Source: an uncultured Gemmatimonadales bacterium (GTDB lineage Bacteria; Gemmatimonadota; Gemmatimonadetes; Longimicrobiales; RSA9). Taken from it: a stretch of DNA of 64,000 bases. The stretch is from positions 160,001 through 224,000 of the forward strand of contig CAVUKA010000003.1 of NCBI GenBank assembly GCA_963741945.1, read 5' to 3'. Positions 31,748 to 39,471 of the stretch are shown here, piece after piece. The position numbers and the translations under genes are program-made. Numbering within the stretch: the stretch's first letter is position 1; every line of letters starts with the position of its first letter. The notes under the pieces were generated by a model, which worked only from the letters and a program-made list of their open reading frames with translations, was not told where the DNA came from and ran no database searches.

Positions 31748-31892
31748 AGGTTTCGCGGCCTCCCTCCACAAACGACCGACGGCGCCCCGGAGCCCGCGTT
31801 CCGCCACGGTCTCCGGAGCGCCACCGCCCAGGACTACGGATCCGACCTCGTGCGTGTGTACCACCTCGACCACGAGGTGGAGGGCGTACTCG

Positions 31893-33005
31893 TCAGAGCA
31901 CGTCCTCCACCGCCGTGAAGTCGAGTCCGAACGCCTCCGCGACACCGGGATAGGTGACCTTCCCGCGCACGACGTTCAACCCGAGCGCCAGCGCGCGGTC
32001 CTCGCGGCACGCCTGCTCCCACCCCTTGCTCGCCAGCTTGAACGCGTACCGGAACGTGGCGTTCGTGAGCGCCAGGGTGGACGTGCGCGCCACACCGCCC
32101 GGCATGTTCGCCACGCCATAGTGGATCACGCCGTCGATCGTGTAGATCGGGTTCTCGTGCGTCGTGGGCTTGATGGTCTCCACGCAGCCGCCCTGGTCCA
32201 CGGCCACATCCACGATCACCGCGCCATCCTTCATCAGCTTCAGGTCCTCGCGCCGCACCAGGTGCGGGGCGCGGGCGCCGGGGAGCAGCACTGCGCCCAC
32301 GAGCAGGTCCGCGCGCTCCAGCCAGTTCAGGATGTTGTGCCGGTTGGAGTATATCATCTGGACGTTCGCCGGCATCACCTCGGAGAGGTAGCGGAGGCGG
32401 TTGAGCGAGACGTCCAGCATCACCACCAGCGCGCCCATTCCCGCGGCCATCCGCGCGGCGTTCGTGCCCACCACGCCACCACCCAGGATTACCACCGTGG
32501 CCGGCTCAACCCCCGGCACGCCTCCCAGCAGGACGCCCCGGCCGCCATGGAGCTTCTCCAGGTACTTCGCGCCCTCCTGCACGGCCATCCGGCCCGCCAC
32601 CTCGCTCATGGGTGTGAGCAGCGGCAGCTCGCCCGTGGGCAGCTGCACCGTCTCGTACGCGTTGGCGATGGCGCCCGAATCCATCACGGCGTGCGTGAGC
32701 TTCTCGTCCGCGGCGAAGTGGAAGTACGTGAACATCAGCTGCCCAGGCCGCATGCGCGGCCATTCCACCTCGATCGGCTCCTTCACCTTCATGATCATCT
32801 CGGCCCGCTGCCAGACCTCGTCGGCCGTTTCGACGATCTCGGCGCCCGTGGACACGTACTGCTCATCCGTGAACCCCGACCCCACTCCCGCGCCCTTCTC
32901 CACCAGAACCGTGTGACCCGCGTGCACGAACGCCTCCGAACCGGCCGGCACCAGCGCGATCCGGTTTTCGTTCGTCTTGATCTCCTTCGGAACCCCGATG
33001 ATCAT
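31893..33005 (-). CDS. ald: Alanine dehydrogenase
   Basis: GVPKEIK..E.R, KVKEP, PMSEVAGR, GGGVVG, VDQGGC, VANMPG. Confidence 0.97.
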   Translation of the reverse strand: MIIGVPKEIKTNENRIALVPAGSEAFVHAGHTVLVEKGAGVGSGFTDEQYVSTGAEIVETADEVWQRAEMIMKVKEPIEVEWPRMRPGQLMFTYFHFAADEKLTHAVMDSGAIANAYETVQLPTGELPLLTPMSEVAGRMAVQEGAKYLEKLHGGRGVLLGGVPGVEPATVVILGGGVVGTNAARMAAGMGALVVMLDVSLNRLRYLSEVMPANVQMIYSNRHNILNWLERADLLVGAVLLPGARAPHLVRREDLKLMKDGAVIVDVAVDQGGCVETIKPTTHENPIYTIDGVIHYGVANMPGGVARTSTLALTNATFRYAFKLASKGWEQACREDRALALGLNVVRGKVTYPGVAEAFGLDFTAVEDVL

Positions 33006-33021
33006 CGCCCTTTGCTCCTCG

Positions 33022-34260
33022 TTAATGGGCCGGGCCCAGCCGGACCGTCAGCCACTTCGCCGGGTCCAGGTGCTCGGCCGCGATCTCAGCCGTTTCAGCC
33101 TGCGTGACTGCATCAATGCGCGCCGTCAGCTCGTCCACAGTCCGCTGCGGCTCGCCGTTCAGCTCCTGCATGGCCAGGCGGTGCATACGGCCGCCGGGCG
33201 ACTCCATCCCCAGCACCATCTGCCCCTTCACCTGCCCCTTCGCATCCGCCAGCTCGGCGGGCGAGAGTCCGTCGCGGACCACCTCGCCCAGCTCCTGGCG
33301 AATCACCTCCACCGCCCGGTCCGCCCACTCGGGGCGCGTACCAACGTACACCCCCGCCGCGCCGCCGGCGCGGTAGAAGGACTGGAACGTGTAGACCGAG
33401 TAGGCAAGACCCAGCTCTTCTCGCACCCGCTGAAAGAGGCGTGAGCTCATGCCGCCACCGAGTGCGTTCGACAGGAGGATAAGCGCGAAGCGACGCGGAT
33501 CCGCATGGGGGACCGTCCGGCCGCCCATGACGATCTGCGCCTGCGCGCCCTCCCGCTCGATCCGCCGCTCTCCCGGCTCCAGTGGCGGCGGCGGCGCCAC
33601 GGGGGCGGCCCTCTGTCCGTTCGGCACGGCCTCGAACAGCCTCGCCGCGGCGTCCACCATGGCTGCGTGATCTACCGCCCCGGCGGCGGCCACGACCAGG
33701 TTCGGCCGGCGATAGCGCGCATCGTGCACCCGCCGGAGCATCTCCGCCGTCATCCCGCCTACCGTCTCGCGCGTCCCGAGGATGCTGTGGCCATACGGGT
33801 GATCCGCCCACAGGCCCTCGTTGTGGAGCTCGAAGACCAGGTCGTCCGGCGTGTCCTCCACCGTCGAGATCTCCTCCAGCACCACTTCCCGCTCCACCGC
33901 CAGGTCCTCCGGGCGCAGCGCGGGGGAGGCCACCATGTCCGCGAGAACGTCGAGCGCCACTTCCGCGTGCTCCGCCAGCACCCGGGCCTGGAAGCTGGTG
34001 TGCTCTCGCGACGTGTAGGCGTCCAGCGACCCGCCGAGCCGCTCCAGCACCAGCGCGATGTCCTTCGCGCTGCGGCGCCCGGTGCCCTTGAACACCATGT
34101 GCTCCAGCAGGTGCGCCGCTCCCAGCTCCGGCAGCGCCTCGTTCCCCGAGCCATACCGGACCCAAACGCCGACGGAGGCCGAGCGAACCCCTGACATCTG
34201 CTGCGTCAGGACGCTCAGGCCTCCGTCGAGTTCGCTCCGGTCGATGCGATCGTCGCTCAA
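33022..34260 (-). CDS. M16 (pitrilysin-like) zinc peptidase
   Basis: HLLEHMVFKGT inverted zinc motif, SSRLFQ.VRE..GLAY; usual position after pnp. Confidence 0.93.
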   Translation of the reverse strand: MSDDRIDRSELDGGLSVLTQQMSGVRSASVGVWVRYGSGNEALPELGAAHLLEHMVFKGTGRRSAKDIALVLERLGGSLDAYTSREHTSFQARVLAEHAEVALDVLADMVASPALRPEDLAVEREVVLEEISTVEDTPDDLVFELHNEGLWADHPYGHSILGTRETVGGMTAEMLRRVHDARYRRPNLVVAAAGAVDHAAMVDAAARLFEAVPNGQRAAPVAPPPPLEPGERRIEREGAQAQIVMGGRTVPHADPRRFALILLSNALGGGMSSRLFQRVREELGLAYSVYTFQSFYRAGGAAGVYVGTRPEWADRAVEVIRQELGEVVRDGLSPAELADAKGQVKGQMVLGMESPGGRMHRLAMQELNGEPQRTVDELTARIDAVTQAETAEIAAEHLDPAKWLTVRLGPAH

Positions 34261-34273
34261 CCGAACGCCCTCA

Positions 34274-36373
34274 TCACCCCTCGATCTCTTCCAGCGCGGC
34301 CTTCCGCGACAGGCGGAGCCGCCCCTTCTCGTCGATCGCCAGGAGCTTGACCTTCGTGACGTCCCCCACCTTCAGCACGTCCTCGGTCTTCTCCGTGCGC
34401 GCTTCCTGGAGCTCCGAAATGTGGCACAGGCCCTCCGTGCCCGGGGTGATCTCCACGAACGCGCCGAACGATGTGGTGGTCTTCACGACGCCCTCGTAGA
34501 TCCGCCCCACTTCGGGCTCCTCCACGATCGCCTCCACCATCTGCTTCGCCCGCTCGCCACCCTCACCGCCGGGGCTCGAGATCATGACCGTGCCATCATC
34601 GTTGATGTCGATCTTCGCACCCGTCTCCTCCTGGATCCCGCGGATCGTCTTCCCCTTCGGACCGATCACTTCGCCGATCTTCTCGGGGTTGATGTGGATC
34701 GTGATGATCCGCGGCGCGAACTCGCTCAGCTCGCCGCGACCCTCCTTGATCGCGCCGTCCATCACGTCCAGGATGTGCAGCCTCGCCTTCCGCGCTCGCT
34801 GCAGCGCCTCCTTCATGATGTCCACCGTGAGGCCCTCGATCTTGATGTCCATCTGGATCGAGGTCACACCCTCGCGCGTGCCCGCCACTTTGAAGTCCAT
34901 GTCCCCGAGCGCGTCCTCCACGCCCAGGATGTCCGTCAGCACCGCGACCTGGTCACCCTCCTTGATCAGGCCCATGGCGATCCCCGCCACCGCCGCCTTT
35001 ACGGGAACGCCCGCGTCCATCAGCGACAGGCTCGCCGAGCATACGGTGGCCATGGAGCTCGACCCGTTCGATTCCAGGATCTCGCTCACCACCCGGATCG
35101 TGTACGGGAAGTCCTCGTACGCCGGCAGCACCGGCTGGACGGCTCGCTCGGCCAGATGGCCGTGACCGATCTCCCGGCGGCTCGTGCCCCGGATCGGCTT
35201 CGCCTCACCCGTCGAGAACGGCGGGAAGTTGTAGTGCAGCATGAACGACTTCGACGTCTCCGCGGGCACGTCCACCGTGTCCACCCGCTGCTCGTCCGCG
35301 CTCGTTCCCAGCGTCACCACACCCAGCGACTGCGTCTGCCCGCGCGTGAACAGCGCGGAGCCGTGCACCCGCGGCAGCAGGCCCACCTCGGCCGTGATGT
35401 CGCGGACCTCGTCCAGGCCCCGGCCATCGATCCTCTTGCCCGTCTCCAGCACCTGCCGGCGCATGAGCTGCTTCTCCGTGGACCGGAGCTGCGCCTTGAT
35501 CGCCGCTTCGTGCTCCTCCTCGCCGAACTCGCCGCTGAGCTCCGCCAGGACGTCGTCACGGACCAGGCTCAGCGCCTCGTTCCGCGCGCTCTTGTCCTCC
35601 ACGTTCAGTGCCTCACGCACCCGCGCCAGCGCCACATCCTCCACGCGCGTCCGCAGGTCCTCCGGCACCTGCACGTCCGGCGACCACGCCATCTCCTCCG
35701 GCACGTCCAGTGTCGACAGGATCTCCTTCTGGATTCCGATCAGCTCCTTGATCCCCGCGTGCGCCGCCTCCAGCGCTTCCACCAGGTCCTCCTCCGGGAC
35801 CTCCAGCGTGCCGCCCTCCACCATCGTGATCGCGTTCTCCGTCCCGGCCACGATCAGGTCGACATCGCTGTACTCCAGCTGCTCGAACGTCGGATTCAGC
35901 ACCCACTGCCCGTTCAGCCGACCGATCCGGACCGACGCCACAGGCGTGCTGAACGGGATCTTCGACATGTTCAGCGACAGCGAGGCGCCGAGCATCGCCG
36001 GGACGTCGCCGTTGTTCTGCTGGTCCGCGCTGACCACGTAGATGACCAGCTGGGTCTCGTGCATGAAACCCTTCGGGAACAGCGGACGCAGCGGCCGGTC
36101 GATCAGCCGCGCCGTCAGGATCTCCGTGTCGCTCGGACGACCCTCCCGCTTGATGAACCCGCCCGGGTACTTCCCGGCCGCGTACATCTTCTCCCGGTAC
36201 TCCACGGTCATCGGGAAAAACGGCAGGTGCGTCGGGGAATCCTGCACGGTCGCCGCGCAGATCACCGTGGTCTCCCCGTACTGCACCAGCGCCGACCCGT
36301 GGGCCTGACGCGCCATCTTCCCCGTCTCGATCACCAGCTTCCTGCCGGCGAACTCCCGTTCCACTCTCTTCAT
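34274..36373 (-). CDS. pnp: Polyribonucleotide nucleotidyltransferase
   Basis: Two RNase PH domains, RREIGHG, SNGSSS, GDMDFKVAG, KH and S1 domains. Confidence 0.98.
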   Translation of the reverse strand: MKRVEREFAGRKLVIETGKMARQAHGSALVQYGETTVICAATVQDSPTHLPFFPMTVEYREKMYAAGKYPGGFIKREGRPSDTEILTARLIDRPLRPLFPKGFMHETQLVIYVVSADQQNNGDVPAMLGASLSLNMSKIPFSTPVASVRIGRLNGQWVLNPTFEQLEYSDVDLIVAGTENAITMVEGGTLEVPEEDLVEALEAAHAGIKELIGIQKEILSTLDVPEEMAWSPDVQVPEDLRTRVEDVALARVREALNVEDKSARNEALSLVRDDVLAELSGEFGEEEHEAAIKAQLRSTEKQLMRRQVLETGKRIDGRGLDEVRDITAEVGLLPRVHGSALFTRGQTQSLGVVTLGTSADEQRVDTVDVPAETSKSFMLHYNFPPFSTGEAKPIRGTSRREIGHGHLAERAVQPVLPAYEDFPYTIRVVSEILESNGSSSMATVCSASLSLMDAGVPVKAAVAGIAMGLIKEGDQVAVLTDILGVEDALGDMDFKVAGTREGVTSIQMDIKIEGLTVDIMKEALQRARKARLHILDVMDGAIKEGRGELSEFAPRIITIHINPEKIGEVIGPKGKTIRGIQEETGAKIDINDDGTVMISSPGGEGGERAKQMVEAIVEEPEVGRIYEGVVKTTTSFGAFVEITPGTEGLCHISELQEARTEKTEDVLKVGDVTKVKLLAIDEKGRLRLSRKAALEEIEG

Positions 36374-36458
36374 TCTCTGACTTGCCTTTCGCTTGCCGCA
36401 TTCCGCACCCGGCCGCCCCTCGGCGACCGGGCTGTCGATCGCGCCCTCCCCGCCGGTC

Positions 36459-36719
36459 CTAGTGCCGCAGGCCGAGGTCTTCGATCAGGTTTCTGTACTT
36501 GTCCACGTCCGTCCGCCGAAGGTAATCCAGCAGACGACGGCGCCGCCCGACCATCTTGAGCAGCCCTCGCCGGCTATGGTGATCCTTCTTGTGCTTTCGG
36601 AAATGATCGGTCAGGTCGTTGATGCGCGCCGTCAGGATCGCTACCTGGACGGGCGCGCTGCCACGGTCGGTGGGATGAATCTGGTACTTCGTGATGATGT
36701 CTTCTTTTTCGATCGCCAT
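36459..36719 (-). CDS. rpsO: 30S ribosomal protein S15
   Basis: [25 protein letters not shown]. Confidence 0.98.
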   Translation of the reverse strand: MAIEKEDIITKYQIHPTDRGSAPVQVAILTARINDLTDHFRKHKKDHHSRRGLLKMVGRRRRLLDYLRRTDVDKYRNLIEDLGLRH

Positions 36720-36787
36720 CGTCCCCTGCCTCTCCGAGAGTCTTACGCTGATCGGGAAGCGTGCTTCCTGATACCCACAGTCTTGTA
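36720..36787 (-). promoter_or_regulatory. Candidate structured rpsO (S15) leader
   Basis: Hairpin ATCAGGAAG-CACG-CTTCCCGAT, alternative ACGCT/AGCGT pairing, small CTCT/AGAG stem at the RBS; AT-rich -10-like patch just upstream. Confidence 0.5.
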
Positions 36788-36926
36788 AAATACTAAGAAC
36801 TCCCCAGCCCTGCCACCCCCGCGCGGCCGCTCATGCCTGCTCCCTTCGTGCGCTTCGACACTTCGCGCGCTTCGTGTCACGCCGTTGGCACTGCGGGCGC
36901 CCGCAAAGCCTCCTGCGCCCCCTCCC

Positions 36927-37862
36927 TCACCCGAGCCGCCGCTTCGCCTCCGCGCAATCCGCCTCGATGGCCTGGACCAGCTCACCGACGTTCGCGAAGC
37001 GGTGGATCTCGCGCAGCCAGGCCACGAACTCCACGCGCACCTCCTCGCCGTAGATATCGCTCTCGAAGTCGAACAGGTGCAGCTCGATCGACGGCGGGGC
37101 GCCGCGGAACATGGGCCTGGGGCCGAGGTGCAGCACGCCATTGAACGAGCCGCGCCGCAGCGTTGCGCGAACGGCGTAGACGCCCTCGTGGGGCAGGAGT
37201 TTGTCCCCGTTCGGCACGTGGATGTTGGCCGTGGGGAAACCGAGTGCGTGACCGCGGCCGTCGCCCCGGACCACGGGGCCGCGCAAGGAGTACGGGCGAC
37301 CGAGAGCGGCGGCGGCGTCCTCGACCCGCCCTTCCGCCACGGCAGCGCGGATCTTGGACGAGGAGACGGCGTCGCCCTCGTTGCGGAGCGCCTGGACGAC
37401 TTCGACGGTGAAACCCATCTCCTCGCCGATGCCCTGGAGGGTGTCGACGTCGCCGGAGCGTCCGCGTCCGAAGCCGTGATCATACCCGATGACGAGGTGC
37501 CGCATGCGGAGGCGGCCGATCAGGATCTCCCGCACGAACCGCTCGGGCGGATACCCCTGGAGCACTTTGGTGAAGGGGATGAAGACGGCGTAGTCCACGC
37601 CGGACTCCGCGAGGATCTCCGTCTTCTCGACGGGGGTCGTGAGCAGCCTGGGCGCGGATCCCGGCCGGACCACGCGCAGCGGGTGCGGGTGAAAGGTGAC
37701 GAGCACCGCCGGCAGGCCTTCCCGGCTCGCGCGCGCGCGCAAGTGCTCCAGCACCTGCCAGTGGCCGCGGTGGACGCCATCGAACGTCCCGACCGTCACG
37801 GCCGTCGCCCGATGATTGGGTGGGATCCCCGACGGGAGCGCCGGATCGATGGCGTAGTTCAC
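36927..37862 (-). CDS. ribF: Bifunctional riboflavin kinase/FAD synthetase
   Basis: GTFDGVHRGH, VSSSKIR, G..LGFPTAN, E.HLFDF. GTGA overlap with the truB stop. Confidence 0.96.
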   Translation of the reverse strand: MNYAIDPALPSGIPPNHRATAVTVGTFDGVHRGHWQVLEHLRARASREGLPAVLVTFHPHPLRVVRPGSAPRLLTTPVEKTEILAESGVDYAVFIPFTKVLQGYPPERFVREILIGRLRMRHLVIGYDHGFGRGRSGDVDTLQGIGEEMGFTVEVVQALRNEGDAVSSSKIRAAVAEGRVEDAAAALGRPYSLRGPVVRGDGRGHALGFPTANIHVPNGDKLLPHEGVYAVRATLRRGSFNGVLHLGPRPMFRGAPPSIELHLFDFESDIYGEEVRVEFVAWLREIHRFANVGELVQAIEADCAEAKRRLG

Positions 37863-38722
37863 GCGAAGACCTTCCGGGGCCGGACGGTCCGGCCGTCGCT
37901 TTCGCCCACGGCCACGAGGTCTTCGCCCGCAGCCAGTGCGACGAGGCCGCGTGGCGCCTGGTCGTCGGCGACGAGCGGCTGGCCGAGGCGAACCCTTCGC
38001 TCCTCCTCTCCGCTCAGCTGGATCGTCGGCCACCCGGCCAGGGCATCGAGCGGCGAGAGCAGCGCGTCCTGCACCAAACCGGCGTCCTCCAGCTGCGCCG
38101 TGGCGATGGCATGGTCCAGCCGGAACGGACCGACGCTCGTCCTTCGCAGCTCGGTGAGGTGGGCGCCCACACCCAGGGCGGCGCCAGCGTCGCGGGCGAT
38201 GGCCCGGACATAGGTGCCGCTGGAGCAGCGGAGCTGGAAACGGACCTCGTCGCCTTCGATGGCAATCACCGTGAGATCGTGGATGGTGATCTCCACCGGC
38301 TGCAGCCGGACTTCATCTCCGCGGCGCGCCAGCTCGTACGCTTTGCGGCCACCCACCTTCTTGGCGGAGAATGCCGGCGGTGTTTGCAGCCGGGTGCCCT
38401 GCTGCGCTTCGAACGCTCGCCGCACTGCGGCCGGATCGAGGGAGCGCCACGCGTCGGATGTCGCGACCACTTCGCCCGTGTGGTCGAGCGTGTCCGTGGC
38501 GACTCCGAGGCGTGCGGTGGCGTGGTACTCCTTCTCGAGTCCCGAGAGGTACTCCGCCAGTCGGGTGGCGGCGCCCAGGCAGAGGACGAGCAGGCCACTG
38601 GCGAACGGGTCCAGCGTCCCCGTGTGGCCGATGCGCCGCTCCCGCAGCGCGCGTCGCGCCATCGCCACTACGTCATGGGAAGTCGGACCCACCGGCTTGT
38701 CCACGGGGAGAACACCGATCAT
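37859..38722 (-). CDS. truB: tRNA pseudouridine(55) synthase
   Basis: DKP.G.TSHD, GHTGTLDP.ASG, SSGTYVR, LRR. Confidence 0.97.
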   Translation of the reverse strand: MIGVLPVDKPVGPTSHDVVAMARRALRERRIGHTGTLDPFASGLLVLCLGAATRLAEYLSGLEKEYHATARLGVATDTLDHTGEVVATSDAWRSLDPAAVRRAFEAQQGTRLQTPPAFSAKKVGGRKAYELARRGDEVRLQPVEITIHDLTVIAIEGDEVRFQLRCSSGTYVRAIARDAGAALGVGAHLTELRRTSVGPFRLDHAIATAQLEDAGLVQDALLSPLDALAGWPTIQLSGEEERRVRLGQPLVADDQAPRGLVALAAGEDLVAVGESDGRTVRPRKVFA

Positions 38723-39126
38723 CCTTCGTCGGCCTCTTCGGCAGAGCCGTTCTCACCCTCCTCCGGCGCCGGTTCCTCCTCGGGGCCCGGAGCTACTTCC
38801 GACAGCAGCGCCTCGATCCGGAGCGCGTGCTCCAGGCTGCGGTCCCGCTCGAACCGGAGCTCCGGGACGCGCCTCAGTTCGATCCTGCGTGCCAGCGCGC
38901 CGCGGATGAACGGAGTCGCGGCTTGCAGCCCTTCCATGCTCTCCTCGCGATCCTCCTCGTCGCCCAGGAGCTGCACGAAGGCGCGCGCCAGCGTCAGGTC
39001 GGGGGCGGTCACGACCCGCGTCACCGTCACGGCGCCGATGCGCGGATCCTTCACCTCGCCATGGAGGATCTCGGAAAGCTCCCGCTTCAGCTGCTCGTTG
39101 ATCCGTTCAATCTTGTGACTCGCCAT
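38719..39126 (-). CDS. rbfA: Ribosome-binding factor A
   Basis: KDPRI, PDL..A, RRVPELRF..D. Confidence 0.95.
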   Translation of the reverse strand: MASHKIERINEQLKRELSEILHGEVKDPRIGAVTVTRVVTAPDLTLARAFVQLLGDEEDREESMEGLQAATPFIRGALARRIELRRVPELRFERDRSLEHALRIEALLSEVAPGPEEEPAPEEGENGSAEEADEG

Positions 39127-39139
39127 ACCCGATGCATAC

Positions 39140-39166
39140 GGCGGCGGACGCCTGGCGCCCGCCGCC
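39140..39166 (-). other. Strong GC hairpin between DUF503 and rbfA
   Basis: GGCGGCGGGCGC-CAG-GCGTCCGCCGCC, 12 bp with one G-U, no U tract. Confidence 0.5.
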
Positions 39167-39448
39167 TCAGTAGAAGATGCGATACGTATCGATGATCCGC
39201 CCGGCCACTTCCGATTCCACGAGCCGGTCGGCGCGATCCAGGATCGACTCGGCGCGGCGCCGATCCGTGGCCACGGTGCACGCGGTGATCTCGGCCCTCT
39301 GCCAGAGATCCTGGTGACCCGTCTCGGCCACCGCGAGGTTCAACTTCGAGCGCAGGCGGTCCTTGAGGCTTTTCACCACGGACCGCTTCTCCTTCAGCGA
39401 CCGGGCCTCGAAGATCTGGAGATCCCACCCGATCACGCCGACAACCAC
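39167..39448 (-). CDS. DUF503 (YlxP-like) protein
   Basis: SLKEKRSVV, N.AVAE...QD.W; position between infB and rbfA. Confidence 0.92.
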   Translation of the reverse strand: MVVGVIGWDLQIFEARSLKEKRSVVKSLKDRLRSKLNLAVAETGHQDLWQRAEITACTVATDRRRAESILDRADRLVESEVAGRIIDTYRIFY

Positions 39449-39471
39449 GCTTCAGCGCTCCAGCCCCGGGC

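Noticed and set aside
34058-36559. 833-aa plus-strand ORF
   Set aside because: Mirror frame of pnp
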